Source: Callorhinchus milii
Lineage: Eukaryota
Direction: 5' to 3'
Assembly: GCF_018977255.1 (NCBI RefSeq)
Contig: NW_024704743.1
Location: 69,256,001-69,320,000, forward strand
Length of the DNA: 64,000 bases
Positions 24,701 to 37,650 of the stretch are shown here, piece after piece (position 1 is the first letter of the stretch; every line of letters begins with the position of its first letter). The notes beneath the pieces were generated by a model, which was not told the DNA's origin, searched no databases, and was given only the letters and a program-made list of their open reading frames with translations. The position numbers and the translations under genes are program-made.

Positions 24701-27700
24701 TTACATTATTGAAAGATGAGATTTGTGTTTTAAATTCAAACTATAAATACCATCATTAACAAAATTTGCATTTGAATCTGGTGCATGTGGCTTTTTGAAA
24801 ACCTTCTCCACTGAATTTAAAGGAACAGATGTAAATTTCAGGTCAGACCTGTATTTTTTAGTTGAATGTATTCCACTTATGACTTAAATGTTACATATTT
24901 TTGTTAATTCAAAAGTACATTTGATATAGCACCTTTCATGTTAGGAGGACATCTGAAAGAGCTTCACATGATTCACTGGAAAGAGTAGTGACTATGTATT
25001 TTATAGGCAAACGGAGCTGCCAGTTTGTGCACAGCAATGTCCCACAAACAGCCACAAAGTGAATGACCAATTTTATTTGGGGAATTGTTGGCCAGGACAC
25101 TGGGAAAAAAAACTCCCTTCTCTTTTTGAATAGTGCCATGGGATCTTTAATGTCCACCTGATCGTTGGTTAACGTCTATCCGAAGGACATCACCTTTGAT
25201 GTAGCACATCCCCAGAACTGCGTTGGAATGTCATCTAAGACTATGCGAGGCTAGTGTTGGCCTTGAACCACACGTTCTGACTCAGTGGTAAGAGAGGTCC
25301 TAACTGAGCCAGGTTCAGGCTATATTTGAAAATAATAATTGTAATCTGGCAGGACTAAGAATGCATATTCAACCTGAACCCGGGAAATTTCTCAATTACC
25401 TGTTCAAATATTTACGAGAAGCCAAAAGTGCCTGCTGAATGAATCAAAATCTTTGGATAAAAACATCTGGTTTGCACAAAAAAAAATTAGTTGCACTGTG
25501 TGGTGCCAACAGGCCAATTTGGGATCAGAAACCGGAATATCAAAACTGACAGATAGTTGACTCAATTCTGACGAGTCACCTTGGAACCAGCTCAGAAGGG
25601 TTGAGCCTGGTACCTACCCTCCACGAGGTGGAGGGTAGGTACCAGGAACTCTCTGTGAGTTTCCTGGTGAGCAACACAGCTGATCATGGAATGTGTGAAA
25701 GCATTGTCAACATTATTCTGCCCCCAGCTCGGACACACATCCCTTCCCATTGAGTGATGGTTCCACTAGTTGGGAGTGTGGAGCTTGGGCATCACATGCT
25801 TATCTCTGCATACAATTCAGGGTGGATACTAAACCCAGGACATACGAGTGTACGCTCACACACCCAGACTTCAGGCTGTAGTTAAATGTACAATAAATAT
25901 TTTCAATATGTTCTGATGGCCAGTTTCGCTGGGTTGCTGATTTCTCTCCCAGACCAGTATAAAGGTCCTATTGCAGTTTGTGTGGAAATAACAGATCAAA
26001 TGGGCTGCAAGTCCTTCTTCATCCAAATCCCTTATGATCTTCTACAGCATTGGATCACCTGCTGTTTGTTGAATATTTGCTTCTGGCTTGCTGTTAATAT
26101 TTAATGACATTGCTGTGCTTTGTGTGCTAAAGTTCAGTGCTGATATTTTATGGCGTTTGCTAATGTTGTAACACTTGTCCACTTAAAAATCACTTGCTTC
26201 CAGCTTATCCTATGACATTCGTTGAGATGTTTGATAACAATCCTTACATTTGGTATAGCACCATTGACATCGGGAGGACAGGTCAAAGCACTTCACAGGA
26301 TATATTATGAAGTGGAGCGACTGTATTTGATGCGATAAAGCACGGGAATGAAATGAAAGCATTATTCCGTCAACATTTTTACTGATTGGGAATGATTTGC
26401 CCACAGCAGGTGCTGTTTCTGTTTTGGCCAGCCATGGTCATGCACCCAGTGGTGTGTGGGAAGGAGTTTTATATGGCTGCTGTTTACGAACACAAAACGG
26501 TGTTGAATGCAACAGCGGGTTCCCCTCCAACACGTGAGACAGCACTGAATCACATGAGAAAAAATCTGGACATCTACCAACACCAAGTAAACACAGCTTC
26601 CAAACAGGTAAAGAGATTGCAGTGCTTTCTCACATAATGATTAACTGCCTCTGCGTCTGTTTAGTGCATAAAAATACTAAAACAATCATTTTGATGGTGA
26701 ATCTCCCTCTTTTTTTGAAGGTATTTTCTATCTATTCCTTTTTCGTCTCTCTTCGCCATCCACCATCATAGATTCATAGAATAGAATGTTTCGGCCCATC
26801 GAGTCTGTGTGGCTCTTTGACAGAGCAAGTCACTTTCACTAACCCCAATCACCAGCTTTCTCCCCATAACCCTGCAAACCCGTCTTCCCCAGATACCTAT
26901 CCAGTTCTCTCTTAAAAGCTGTTATCGAATCGGACTTCACTACCCTTTCAGGCAGATCATTCCAAATTCGAACAACTCGCTGAGTGAAAAAATGTCTTCT
27001 AACCTCCCCTCTGCTTCTTTTGGTAGATATCTTAAGACTGTGACCACGGGTCACAGACACACCTACCAGCGGAAACAGCTTTTCCTTATCCAGCCTGTCA
27101 AAACCTTTCATGATCTTGAAGACCTTTATCAGGTCCCCGCGTAACCTTCTCTGCTCTAATGGGAAACGTCCTAACTTCTCCAGCCTGTCCTCATAGCTAA
27201 GGTTCCCCATTCCTGGTATCATTCTCGTGAATCTCCTCTGCACCCTTTCCAGTGCCTTAATGTCCTTCCTGAGGTACGGTGCCCAGAACTGGACGCAGTA
27301 CTCCAGCTGAGGCGTAACCAGTGTTTTGTATAGATTAACCATAACCTCCCTGCTCTTGTACTCTATGCCCCTACTAATAAAGCTCAGTACACTGAATGCC
27401 TTTTTTACTGCCTTATCTACCTGCCCCGCTACCTTTAATGATTCGCTTACTTGAACACCCAGATCGCTCTGTACATTCACCCCCCTTAAGATTGAGCTAC
27501 TAAGTCTATATTGCCTCCTATCATTTTTCCTACCTAAGGGTATCACCTCACACTTATTTACATTGAAATCCATCTGCCATATGTCAGCCCATTCCACCAT
27601 TCTGTGTATGTCTGCTTGCAGTCTGTTACAGTCTTCCTCACGATTTACTACCCCACCTAACTTTGTATTAACGCGAGTAGTGCCAAGAAATCTAAGTGTT

Positions 27701-30474
27701 TTGATAGGCAACTAAATGAGACTCGGTGAATGTACGACTTAGGCGATTATGATTTATAAAGATAAGACTTATGCTAATTTTACTGCAGTAGGATATGCTT
27801 TATATTTATAATTTGAATTATTTGCAATTGTGTGTGTTACAGGGTGCTCAAATAATTGTATTCCCAGAGGATGGTCTCTATGGTTTTTCATTCAACAGAA
27901 CTACTATTTATCCATATCTGGAGCCTATTCCCGATCCTGCCATTGTTAACTGGAATCCTTGCCTGAATCCAACCAAGTTTAACAATACAGAGGTAGGAGT
28001 TCTATATAGGTTACAATCACTTGTTACAAATGAGAAAGTCATATTTAGCGTTTTGTGATACATGAGGAAGAAGGGAGTAGACAGTATGTGGGAGGGGATT
28101 AAGAGGGGTGGAAGCTCCTGTGGAGAATAAACACTGGTATAGACTAGTTGGGTTAAATGGCACATTTCCATTCTATATTTTAGAACTATAAACAGTAGAT
28201 CTATATTCTACCGGGGATATATTGCAAGAGGAAATGAATGGGTTCATTAATAATAAAAAGCAATGAAGGATAAGAACACTTGCATGTATAGCAACTTTCA
28301 CTTAGGAGAAAGGCTCAAAATGAGAGACAACGTGGGAACCCAAGGAGGGTAGGAGATAGAAGTAAACTGGAAATGCCTGGAGGTGCAGTTAAGTTGTTAG
28401 CTTTAGCCAGGTTTTGAAAGCAGGAGGAGGCGAGTTAGAAGGATTTAGGGAGAGAGTTCCAGAGAGTGGGGGCAAAGAAGCTGATAGCTCATGGTGGGGT
28501 GCGTGAGCAAGTCAGTTACCAGGTGGTCAGATTCACCTGAGGCTCATTAACTTTATACTCATGTGCTCTAGTTTGGTGCTGACAGGCCAAATAAATTCCA
28601 GTTGTAATTCCAATATCTCCTTATTTTCATATCCTCTATTCATTACAATTTATGAGGACATCTCAAAGCACCATCAATGCCAGATTTGGTTCATATTCCT
28701 TCTCAGTGAGTCATAACCCCTAGAACTCAGGAGTTTCAGAATACTCAGGGATGTTAATTGGGGAAGACACTGGTTTAATTTTGTATTTCTTGACATATTA
28801 CAAATACAGCTCTTACCTGAGATGCATTTTAAGCAATGATATCTCAGGAGTGAGTCTCGCTTCAAATCTACAGTTTGCAATTCTGCCTCCGAACATATAC
28901 CAAAATGTAAGCAAGACTGGAAAATTCCCTTTCTGTATAGAGTAGTAGATATGTACAACAGATTCCCAGCAAAAGCAGCTTTCTGCTTGTTTGGAAAATC
29001 TAATCACTACATTTTGCAATATATCCTGTAATGCCCTTTGAGATGTCCTCTGATGTTAAATGCAAGAATTTATTAATATTATTTTTTAATAATAATAACT
29101 TGCTTGAACAAGATGGATAAATATGTAGTTTGGTATTAGACTGGAGGAAAGCTGACAGGTACAGACATAAAAAATTAGTTATTACTAACAGATTCTTTAC
29201 TGAAAGAAGGCCTCGAGTATATATGTACATTACAAATGTGGTAATATTTTTCACATTGATCTATATTATCCCAGGTCGTTCATCAATTGAGCTGCATGGC
29301 AAGAAACAGCAGCATCTACTTGGTAGTTAACATGGGTGATAGACAAGCATGTGCACACGGTGACCCTCACTGCCCACCAGACGGTAGATACCAGTTTAAC
29401 ACCAATGTGGTTTTCAATGACCAAGGCACCCTGATAGCCAAATACCACAAGCAGAATCTGTTCTTTGAAGTTGCTTTCAATGTACCTCAGCAAACTGAAC
29501 ACATCATCTTTAATACAACTTTTGCTGGACGTTTTGGCATCCTCACGTGCTTTGATATACTGTTCTACGACCCAGCAGTGAGCTTGATTGAGAAATACGG
29601 TGTGAACCAACTCGTGTTTCCCACTGCCTGGATGAACGAGCTCCCACTGTTGACTGCGATTCAGTTCCAGCGAGCATTTGCAACATTGTTCCAGATAAAC
29701 CTGCTTGCAGCCAATCAGCATCATCCCGAAAGGAATATGACAGGAAGTGGAATCTACACTCCTTCCTCTTCTCTTTACTACCACAACATGGAGAGCAGCC
29801 AAGGGAAGCTTCTGGTAGCAAAGGTTCCTATAATTTCACCCAATAGAGTCCGCAACCTGGGGCTGCCTCAGCTCCAAATGAAGCGAGCATTTGTGAAGAG
29901 GATCATGATGTCTGTCGCTAAGAAAGCACGACAGAAACCAAACGAACGTGTCACACATTCAGCACTTCCAATATCTGCTCCAGGCAGCATCTTCCATGGT
30001 TTGATGATGCACGATAATTATACTTTTGTTCCTGTAACAGACGCCAAGGGTAACCTGCAGGTCTGTAACAACTATCTCTGCTGTCATTTAGCCTACAATC
30101 GTACCAACCCAACCATTGATCTGTATGCTTTAGGGGCTTTTGATGGCCATCACAAGGGCACAGGTTACTACCTGCAGGTGTGTGCGTTGGTGAAGTGTGC
30201 AGGCCCCGACTACAACACGTGTGGAGAAGGTGTCACATCTGCCTCAAACATTCTTGACTTCACATTGTGGGGGAACTTCAGCACACAGCATGTTTTTCCA
30301 GAAATACTTGCTAGTGAGATCAAAGTTTATCAACCAGATAGCATTAAGTGGGAGAAGGACAATTTCTATATGACCAAGAAAACGATGTCTGAAGGATTAG
30401 TAACCGCCGCACTCTATGGAAGATGGTATAAACGAGATATTGGTAGTACAAGAATTCTAAATAATTTTCATTAG
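18675..30474 (+). CDS. BTD: Biotinidase (nitrilase/CN-hydrolase superfamily), about 526-527 aa
   Basis: join(18675-18707 [inferred],26407 or 26410-26607,27843-27992,29275-30474). Motifs AAVYEH, catalytic FPEDG (Glu), YHKQNLFFE (Lys), TCFDILF (Cys), and C-terminal [14 protein letters not shown]. No hydrophobic GPI tail. Lies between HACL1 and ANKRD28 as in other vertebrates. Confidence 0.93.
20530..21135 (-). mobile_element. L2 LINE 3' fragment
   Basis: [46 protein letters not shown]2 tail at about 20530-20590. Confidence 0.88.
26407..26607 (+). CDS. BTD: BTD exon 2
   Basis: [34 protein letters not shown]...[18 protein letters not shown]|gtaaag donor; tandem cagcag acceptor (start 26407 or 26410). 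Confidence 0.9.
26766..27666 (-). mobile_element. CR1 LINE, 5'-truncated (RT C-terminal part plus 3'UTR), in BTD intron 2
   Basis: ORF with TKLGGVV...[32 protein letters not shown]...RRLRGDLI...[14 protein letters not shown]; short tandem-repeat tail. Confidence 0.95.
27843..27992 (+). CDS. BTD: BTD exon 3 (150 nt)
   Basis: [50 protein letters not shown]; acag|...|gtagga. Confidence 0.97.
29275..30474 (+). CDS. BTD: BTD exon 4 (large terminal coding exon)
   Basis: ccag|[14 protein letters not shown]...[15 protein letters not shown]...[11 protein letters not shown]...[11 protein letters not shown]...TAG at 30472-30474. Confidence 0.97.
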   Translation, partial: VVHQLSCMARNSSIYLVVNMGDRQACAHGDPHCPPDGRYQFNTNVVFNDQGTLIAKYHKQNLFFEVAFNVPQQTEHIIFNTTFAGRFGILTCFDILFYDPAVSLIEKYGVNQLVFPTAWMNELPLLTAIQFQRAFATLFQINLLAANQHHPERNMTGSGIYTPSSSLYYHNMESSQGKLLVAKVPIISPNRVRNLGLPQLQMKRAFVKRIMMSVAKKARQKPNERVTHSALPISAPGSIFHGLMMHDNYTFVPVTDAKGNLQVCNNYLCCHLAYNRTNPTIDLYALGAFDGHHKGTGYYLQVCALVKCAGPDYNTCGEGVTSASNILDFTLWGNFSTQHVFPEILASEIKVYQPDSIKWEKDNFYMTKKTMSEGLVTAALYGRWYKRDIGSTRILNNFH

Positions 30475-31599
30475 ATGTGATATGTGCTAACAGATTGCTA
30501 ACATTTTTATTTGAACGAACAAGAACTTATTGAACATTAAAACAGAAGTCACTGGGAACACTCAGCAGGTCAGGCAGCATCTATGGAGAAAGGAAAGTGA
30601 GTCAAAGTTTCAGCTCCACGACCCTTCATCAGAATGGTTATTGAACACATTCAACCCAAAGCTTAAGATTGATTAAACAGTTGTTCAGCACAGTTTGCGG
30701 TGGGAGTTTGTCAGCCTTGAGATGAGATGTTAAACCAAGGTCCCGTCTGCCTGTTCAGATGGACGTTAAAGATCCTATGGTACAATTTGAAAAGAGAAGG
30801 GCGTTTCTCCCAGTGACTTGGCCAATATCATTCCTTGGATATCAGCAAGACACTTCATTTCCCCAAGCATAACCGAGATACAATCTGTACTAACTGCTAT
30901 AATGAAATATGCATTGCTTTCAATGAGTTTATATCACAGTGTATAAGAGCCTCCACAAATTTCGTATCCACTCATTTTAAAGTGTTGTAACTTTCTCAAT
31001 AATGTACTTTGCTTATTTCAAAAAAAGCTTAATTTCCCTTTAATATTAATATTTCAGATAATTAAAAGTACTGTTTGTAATAAATACTAGGTTATGAACC
31101 TAAATGTATGATTTGTCTAGCCTTTCATCTGTAAGATACATTTCCAAAGAGTATATCCCCTCCCATGCTCCCATCAACATTTCCTGCATGTTTGATATGC
31201 TTTCATACTGATATTACCCAACCCATTGCCTGCCATTTGTCATATCACAATAGTCTACAGAGTCAGGAAGCCAACAATATAAATGTAGGAAGAAGTAATC
31301 AAGAAAAGTATTACATTGAAAAACTTCATAACACCAGACTATTTCTCCAATAACCTTCTGGGATAAATCACATAAGCTAAGGCCCTTCAGCTTTGAAAAG
31401 AGAGGAGACCTTAAAGAGGTGAGTAAAAATGCTAAATGGGATTGGATATTTTTGTTTAGCCAGGTGTGTGACACCCATTTCCATGCTTAAGAGTATTCAA
31501 ACCAAACAGAGTTCCATGTATCCCACTTATACATGGAAATTTTAGTGATATTTATTGGAATGGAATGTGCACTCTCACACTGGAGGGATGCATCCTGCT

Positions 31600-31990
31600 T
31601 ACCTAATTCCAGATAATATTATGCATAGGCTGGCAAGAGCCAAGGCTTGGGGACCAGAGTATGTATTGGGTACTGCTGGAGTCTAACCAGCTATAACCGC
31701 ATAGCTTGCCAGTCTTAGTTCGACAAGCAACGGGAAAGCTTGACCACTGCCTGTCAAGCTTTCCCGTTGCTTGTCGAACTAAAACTACCCTACCCATTAG
31801 GGCTTTGGCTTATTGGGTTAATGGGAACTTATTTGGAAGAGTCCCTGCACACAGTGAGTGTTCAACTCTTCCAATTTCTGCTAATAAGCTGGCTGTGCTG
31901 TCATTAACAGTGCACTCGAATACTGCGGACCAGCCTGGCTCAGAAACTGGACTATCATGACCTTCACCCAGCATTGGCTCGATTCTGACA
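31600..31990. repeat. Unclassified interspersed repeat (relatives at about 36110-36365 and 48745-49120)
   Basis: Shared blocks TGGCAAGAGCCAAGG, TACTGCTGG, AACCAGCTAYAACC, TGGCTCAGAAAC, GACTCAATTCTGAC. Confidence 0.75.
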
Positions 31991-34440
31991 AAATAGGATT
32001 CAGAAAGTAAACAAAGGACAAATACGATGTGCTATGGGAGCAGAACAAGACAAGGTTCAGAGTTGCAAAGGGAAATTTTCATGACAGACACCAGGAAATA
32101 ATGATTTACAGAGGGTAATTGATATATGGAACATGTTGCCAGGAAAGGTGATGGATGCAAAGGAGCTGGATTCAGTTAAGAAACTATTTGATGCAATAAT
32201 AGAAAAAGGATAGGGTGGGTTTTTGGAAGGATAATATCAAATTAGTCAAAGTACCTTCTTTATCTAAACCCCTTGTGATCTTTGTGACCATTGAGTAAGT
32301 ATCATGAAAGGTTCTGACTAAACAAATACGATTTCACCAATAATTGAATCCCTTCCCCCAAAAGGGAGATAGATACTGTTGAAAGTAAGGAATTATGGAA
32401 AAGCGGCAAGAAAATGAAATTAAAGAATATGAAGTTTGTTGGGCCGAATAACCACACTTTATACATTTTACTGAATCTTTGTATGTGGTAAATATATATT
32501 TTTTAACAAATATACAATACAAAATATCCTGACTTAAAAATAATAAATGCAGTGTCCTGATCAACAGGCATATAACTTCTGCTTTCAAGTAATTACATTA
32601 ATAACTACAATTAACATAATACTGGCTGCTATAACCACTAATAGAAAATCCAGTTATCTAAACTCAAATGCTCTCTTGATGTTTTTCAAAAAAAAACTTA
32701 TCAAGTATACAGTACTTCCTTGTTAACTAGGTGTTGGCACGATCCATTCAACTAGCACAAAAAAGGTAAATAAAAAAATAACTTACATATTTATGATTCT
32801 CTCCTTTTTTGTAATTTGTATCTGAACATCATTAATAAAGATAAGTTTCTGTATAAAAAGCAGGTGCTAATTATCTACTTATGTTTTTATCTTAAGATCA
32901 ATATGATGCAATATGTAATAGATAAAACATTGCCGAGAAATGAATTAACATATGAAAAAATGTTCAAAAGTAATTGTGCCTTTAATCCTCCTGTTTTAGA
33001 ACAGCTGCCCACGCATGTAAATTTCAGCAGGAGTATTTTAAGGATTTAGAAAAAAATGATTTGTTCAGTAGAATGGTTTAAATACAACCACATCAGAAAT
33101 ACATAATTTAATATGTACAAACATTGTTGTTTTGGGATAAATGGCTCGTTTAAAATCAAATTTTAATTTAATTTTTAAACAAATATTAAATTTTTAGAGA
33201 ACAAGTCCCTGGGAATGAATCCGAAGCATGGTGACATGACAGTCTGTCCTTCAGGTGAGACGTTGAACTCTTGTCTGTGCTTGTTCAGGTGGAGGTTGAT
33301 GATCCTTTCACTTGATTTGAAAAGAGAAGATTCCTCTTGTGTCCTAGCCAACAAATTTCCCAGATAAAATTGGTCATTCACTTCATGGCTATTTGTGGGA
33401 TATTGCTGTGCAAAAATTGCAGGCTGAATTCACCTACAAATACACTGTCACTGCACTTTTGCAGTAAATCTTAAGTGCTTTGAGGCATTGACAACATAAG
33501 TCCTATATCAAAGCAAGGATGATTATAAAATATTTGCTGCCTTAACTTTTGCTCCTTCATTCGTTGCTTTCATAACACAAAAAAAGCTTTGAATAATAAG
33601 ATAAATGAAGTTTCTGAAATGTACACTTATCTAGCAAGTTTTACAAAGAAACACAAATGGACAATTAAGCAAACAAACAAAAATTTCAAATGCATCTCAG
33701 TGTTAATGTTGAAAATTTTCAGTGTTGAAAATTTCCAAGTGACTCTTGTAGGGGTGGAACCACAAACAGCAGTTTTTAATATTACTGAATCAAACTCTAT
33801 TCGGGCTAAAGAAAAGGTGTACAGTATATACGTTTCAAGGGAAAGGAAATATTTGATACGAAAGAGCAGGGATGTGGGATTAAATTTATTTGCTCCAGTG
33901 CAGGAGGTAGTATTAGCATAGGCTCTTATAGACCGAAAAGCCAAATTTTATGTTCCAATTTCTATAATAAGTTAATGGAGTTACTTTCATAATGCTAATG
34001 TTAAAGATCTCAAAGCACTTTGCAAGCTTTGTCAAGTCTCAAAGCATTTTGCAAGCTTTCTGTAAACAACAACAACAACAAGATTCCATTTATAAAGCGC
34101 CTTTCACGTCAGGAGGACGTCCCAAGGCTAAAGTGTAGTGACTGTATTTTGTAGGTGAATGTGGTCACCAATCCGTGCACAGCAATGTCCCACAGGCAGA
34201 CAGGAAGTGAATGACTTCTTGTAAATTTGGGAGTTTGGTAGCCAAGATACCAGGAGAAACTCCCTCTTTTTGAATGGAGCCATGAGATTATTAACATCCA
34301 TCTGAACAGCAGTAGGGACCTCAGTTTGACTTCTCATGTGAAGCACACCACCTCTGATAATGCAGTGTTCCCTCTGCTTAGGCTCAAAATCCTAACAAGG
34401 AGCTTGAACCAGTAACTTGACCCAGAGGTGAACGCTACCA

Positions 34441-35149
34441 ACGTACAGAGAGATCTGGGTGTTCAAGTAAGCGATTCATTGACAGTGGCAGAGCAGGTAG
34501 ATAAGGCAGTAAAAAGGGCATTTGGTGTACTGAGCTTTATTAGTAGGGGCATAGAGTATAAGAGCAGGGAGGTTATGGTTAATCTGTACAAAACACTGGT
34601 TAGGCCTCAGCTGGAGTACTGCGTCCAGTTCTGGGCACCTTACCTCAGGAAGGACATTAAGGCACTGGAAAGGGTGCAGAGGAGATTCACGAGAATGATA
34701 CCAGGAATGGGGAACCTTAGCTATGAGGACAGGCTGGAGAAGTTAGGACTTTTCCCATTAGAGCAGAGAAGGTTACGCGGGGACCTGATAGAGGCCTTCA
34801 AGATCATGAAAGGCTGGATAAGGAAAAGCTGTTTCCGCTGGTAGGTGTGTCTGTGACCCGTGATCACAGTCTTAAGATATCTACCAAAAGAAGCAGAGGG
34901 GAGGTTAGAAGAAATTTTTTCACTCAGCGAGTTGTTCGAATTTGGAATGATCTGCCTGAAAGGGTAGTGAAGTCCGATTCGATAACAGCTTTTAAGAGAG
35001 AACTGGATAGGTATCTGGGGAAGACGGGTTTGCAGGGTTATAGGGAGAAAGCTGGTGATTGGGGTTAGTGAAAGTGACTTGCTCTGTCAAAGAGCCACAC
35101 AGACTCGGTGGGCCGAATGGCCTCCTTCTGTGCCGTAACATTCTATGAT
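34441..35149 (+). mobile_element. CR1 LINE, 5'-truncated, near-identical to the 26.8-27.5 kb copy, nested in a SINE
   Basis: Same peptide motifs; a 10-nt deletion causes a frameshift; interrupts the SINE head sequence GCTACC|AACTGAGC. Confidence 0.95.
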
Positions 35150-37650
35150 AACTGAGCAGGAGTCAGACCTTATGGAAAGACCTCTGATAAGCGCTCCGGG
35201 GCACTACCCCGTGTGAAGGACGCTGTATGAATGCAAGTTGCTGATATCAGTAATTACTTTGGATCACTGCGTTCCAATTCAATTGCAGAAACAGCCGGGG
35301 CTTTTTTTTTTGAATAGTTCATTTGCAGACTTAAATTACAGTAATTTTGTTCTTTCTTTGGTTCAAAGCACTTCTTACGCGCAACTGCATTGAATCATTC
35401 TTGGTACTTTGTTTCTTCCACAATCCATTTGCTGCTTTCATCTTTTTGTTTATAGTGCACTGATTTCATTCCAGGAAAACTGCCTTCTCGTTGTCGGATC
35501 ATCTCTGAAATAAAATCTGAACATCAAAAGCAGCCTTTTCTGAAAGGGATGAACACAGTAACAATTAGCTTTTATTAAAAAACTGGCACATTTCAGAACT
35601 TGTATATGCATAAAGGCATCTGAATCTTTTAATCATATGGTTGTCCAATTACCAAGGGGCTCATGGAAAGGGAAGTTAGTCCTTAATTATCATCTCATAG
35701 CAAGCTGGATTGCATGTTTCGATATATAAAAACGTGTTTTGGTTACATGTTCAAAAAGGGCAGACCAGAACACAGCAAGACTGAGCAGCAGCACGGCTGC
35801 CTTAAGCTGACATTAGCAATAATGGTGACCAAGTGATCTGAAGCATGAAAAGCAAGACAAGAGTGAGCAACAGCACAGAAGAAATGTTACAATATGTGCA
35901 CAGTCAAAGAAAGTCACAAGGAAATCTATAAGAGGGTGAGAAATACAATCACTTTCTTACCCAAAGTGCTTTCCGTCATCCCCTCACTCCACCTCAGCTC
36001 CCCACCTTGGGTATCTATCCAACATTGTCAAGTGTTTTGTGATGTCCTCTCGACACGCTGTACAAGTGTAAATTGAGTTGCATCACCAAGGCAGCAAAGT
36101 TCGCTATGTACTTTGAATGGATTGCACTCTCTTATAAGGCTTAGGAAACCCAATGTAGTTGGGATACTGTTGGGAGTTTAACCAACTAAAACCACCTAAC
36201 TTGTCATTGAAAGCAATGCCAGGTAAGCTTCCTGCTGTTTAGCCAGTTGGGATTACCCTATCCATTAGGGCTTTGGTTTACAGTGTTAACAGGAACTGAG
36301 TGGGAAGAAACTGGCTCAAGAACTGGACTTGTGAGACCACCACAGAGGATTGACTCAATTCTGACAATCCTTTGCCAAACACGTAATCTTGAAGGCAGCT
36401 CAGTACCACCGAGATCCTGCTCTAATTCCTTCCCCCAGGAGGATAGACTTTTTTTTATTTGGAGAATAATGTGAGGAAATAGAAAAATAGAAAAAAATCA
36501 TCCCGGGATCCTACAAAATAAATTGTTTTACTAATTTTACTTTGAATAGACACGGGTATTAAAAATGTCATAAGCAAAATATTGCTTGATTGCTTGTATT
36601 TTCCTGCCATTTAGAACAAAATTGTAATGAAAAAGGTTCACTTGGCTGTAGCAATAGAATACAGTGACATCTAGTGGTGACAATTTACATTTGTTTTAGC
36701 TTACTTATTTTACACCAGGTCAGAATTATATAAAACGTAATAATCCTTGGTGGATGATCTGCAGAATATCAAGCATGCTCAAGGTGATAACAGTACTCGG
36801 GTCTAGAGGCAGACACGGTGGGACAAAATTGAGATATTCACGAAAGGATTTGTAAACAATAAATCCTGCAGTTGCCTGTGAACTCTACATCTGATGGGAA
36901 CCCATTCCAACTTACTGTGGAAATCCTCAAGCGGGATTGCAGCCAAAGGCAGCTACTAGCATTGGGCAAGAGATTGAAATCTAAAAGTGGCATGTAAGTT
37001 CTATTGGGCGAGTCTGCCGTACTTTGTCTAACTGTAAGGGCTAGGAGCTTGGGAAAAGGTGACCATTCAGCCTACTGAAACTTTTCTCAACTGTGCTTTT
37101 CTCCATGTTCCTTAATATCCTTTTCTCCCAAATTCTTAATTTACCTACATTTAAAAGCATCATACAGAGCAACCCGCTCATCTGGATATATCTCAGATGG
37201 TGCATTATAATGACAGCCAAAAGAAATATCCGTTTTCCAGGTTGTTAATTTAGCACTGACATAATTTTGTTTGCAAATTGTCAGCAGCACTCCCTGCACA
37301 TTCCAAGCACGAAGGGACCTCAGCAAAGAAGTGGCAACCTGACCATCAAGAAGAGCGCCATTTTTTTAAAGTGGGGAGCCAAGTAATCAGTGCTGTAGGC
37401 CAGGGGTGACATGCTTCTGATACAGCAAGGATCCACAGTAGGTTCACACTTTAAGCAATCCTGCATTCTAGAGGCTGCCTCATACGTTGTCATGGCTACT
37501 CTCACCACAAAGTATTGTTGTGCTTTTGACATCAATGTACCCTAATATTAGCCTACTTGTTCCTCCTCATTGCTGTGCACAATAATATCGTAAAAAAATG
37601 CATTGGAAAAACAGTGCCTAACATTGTGGGCCTTTGTCCTTCCTAGGCTC

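Noticed and set aside
26407..30474. Vanin/pantetheinase (VNN) identity
   Set aside because: Single large terminal exon, no GPI signal, LVTAALYGR terminus and HACL1/ANKRD28 synteny all indicate BTD.
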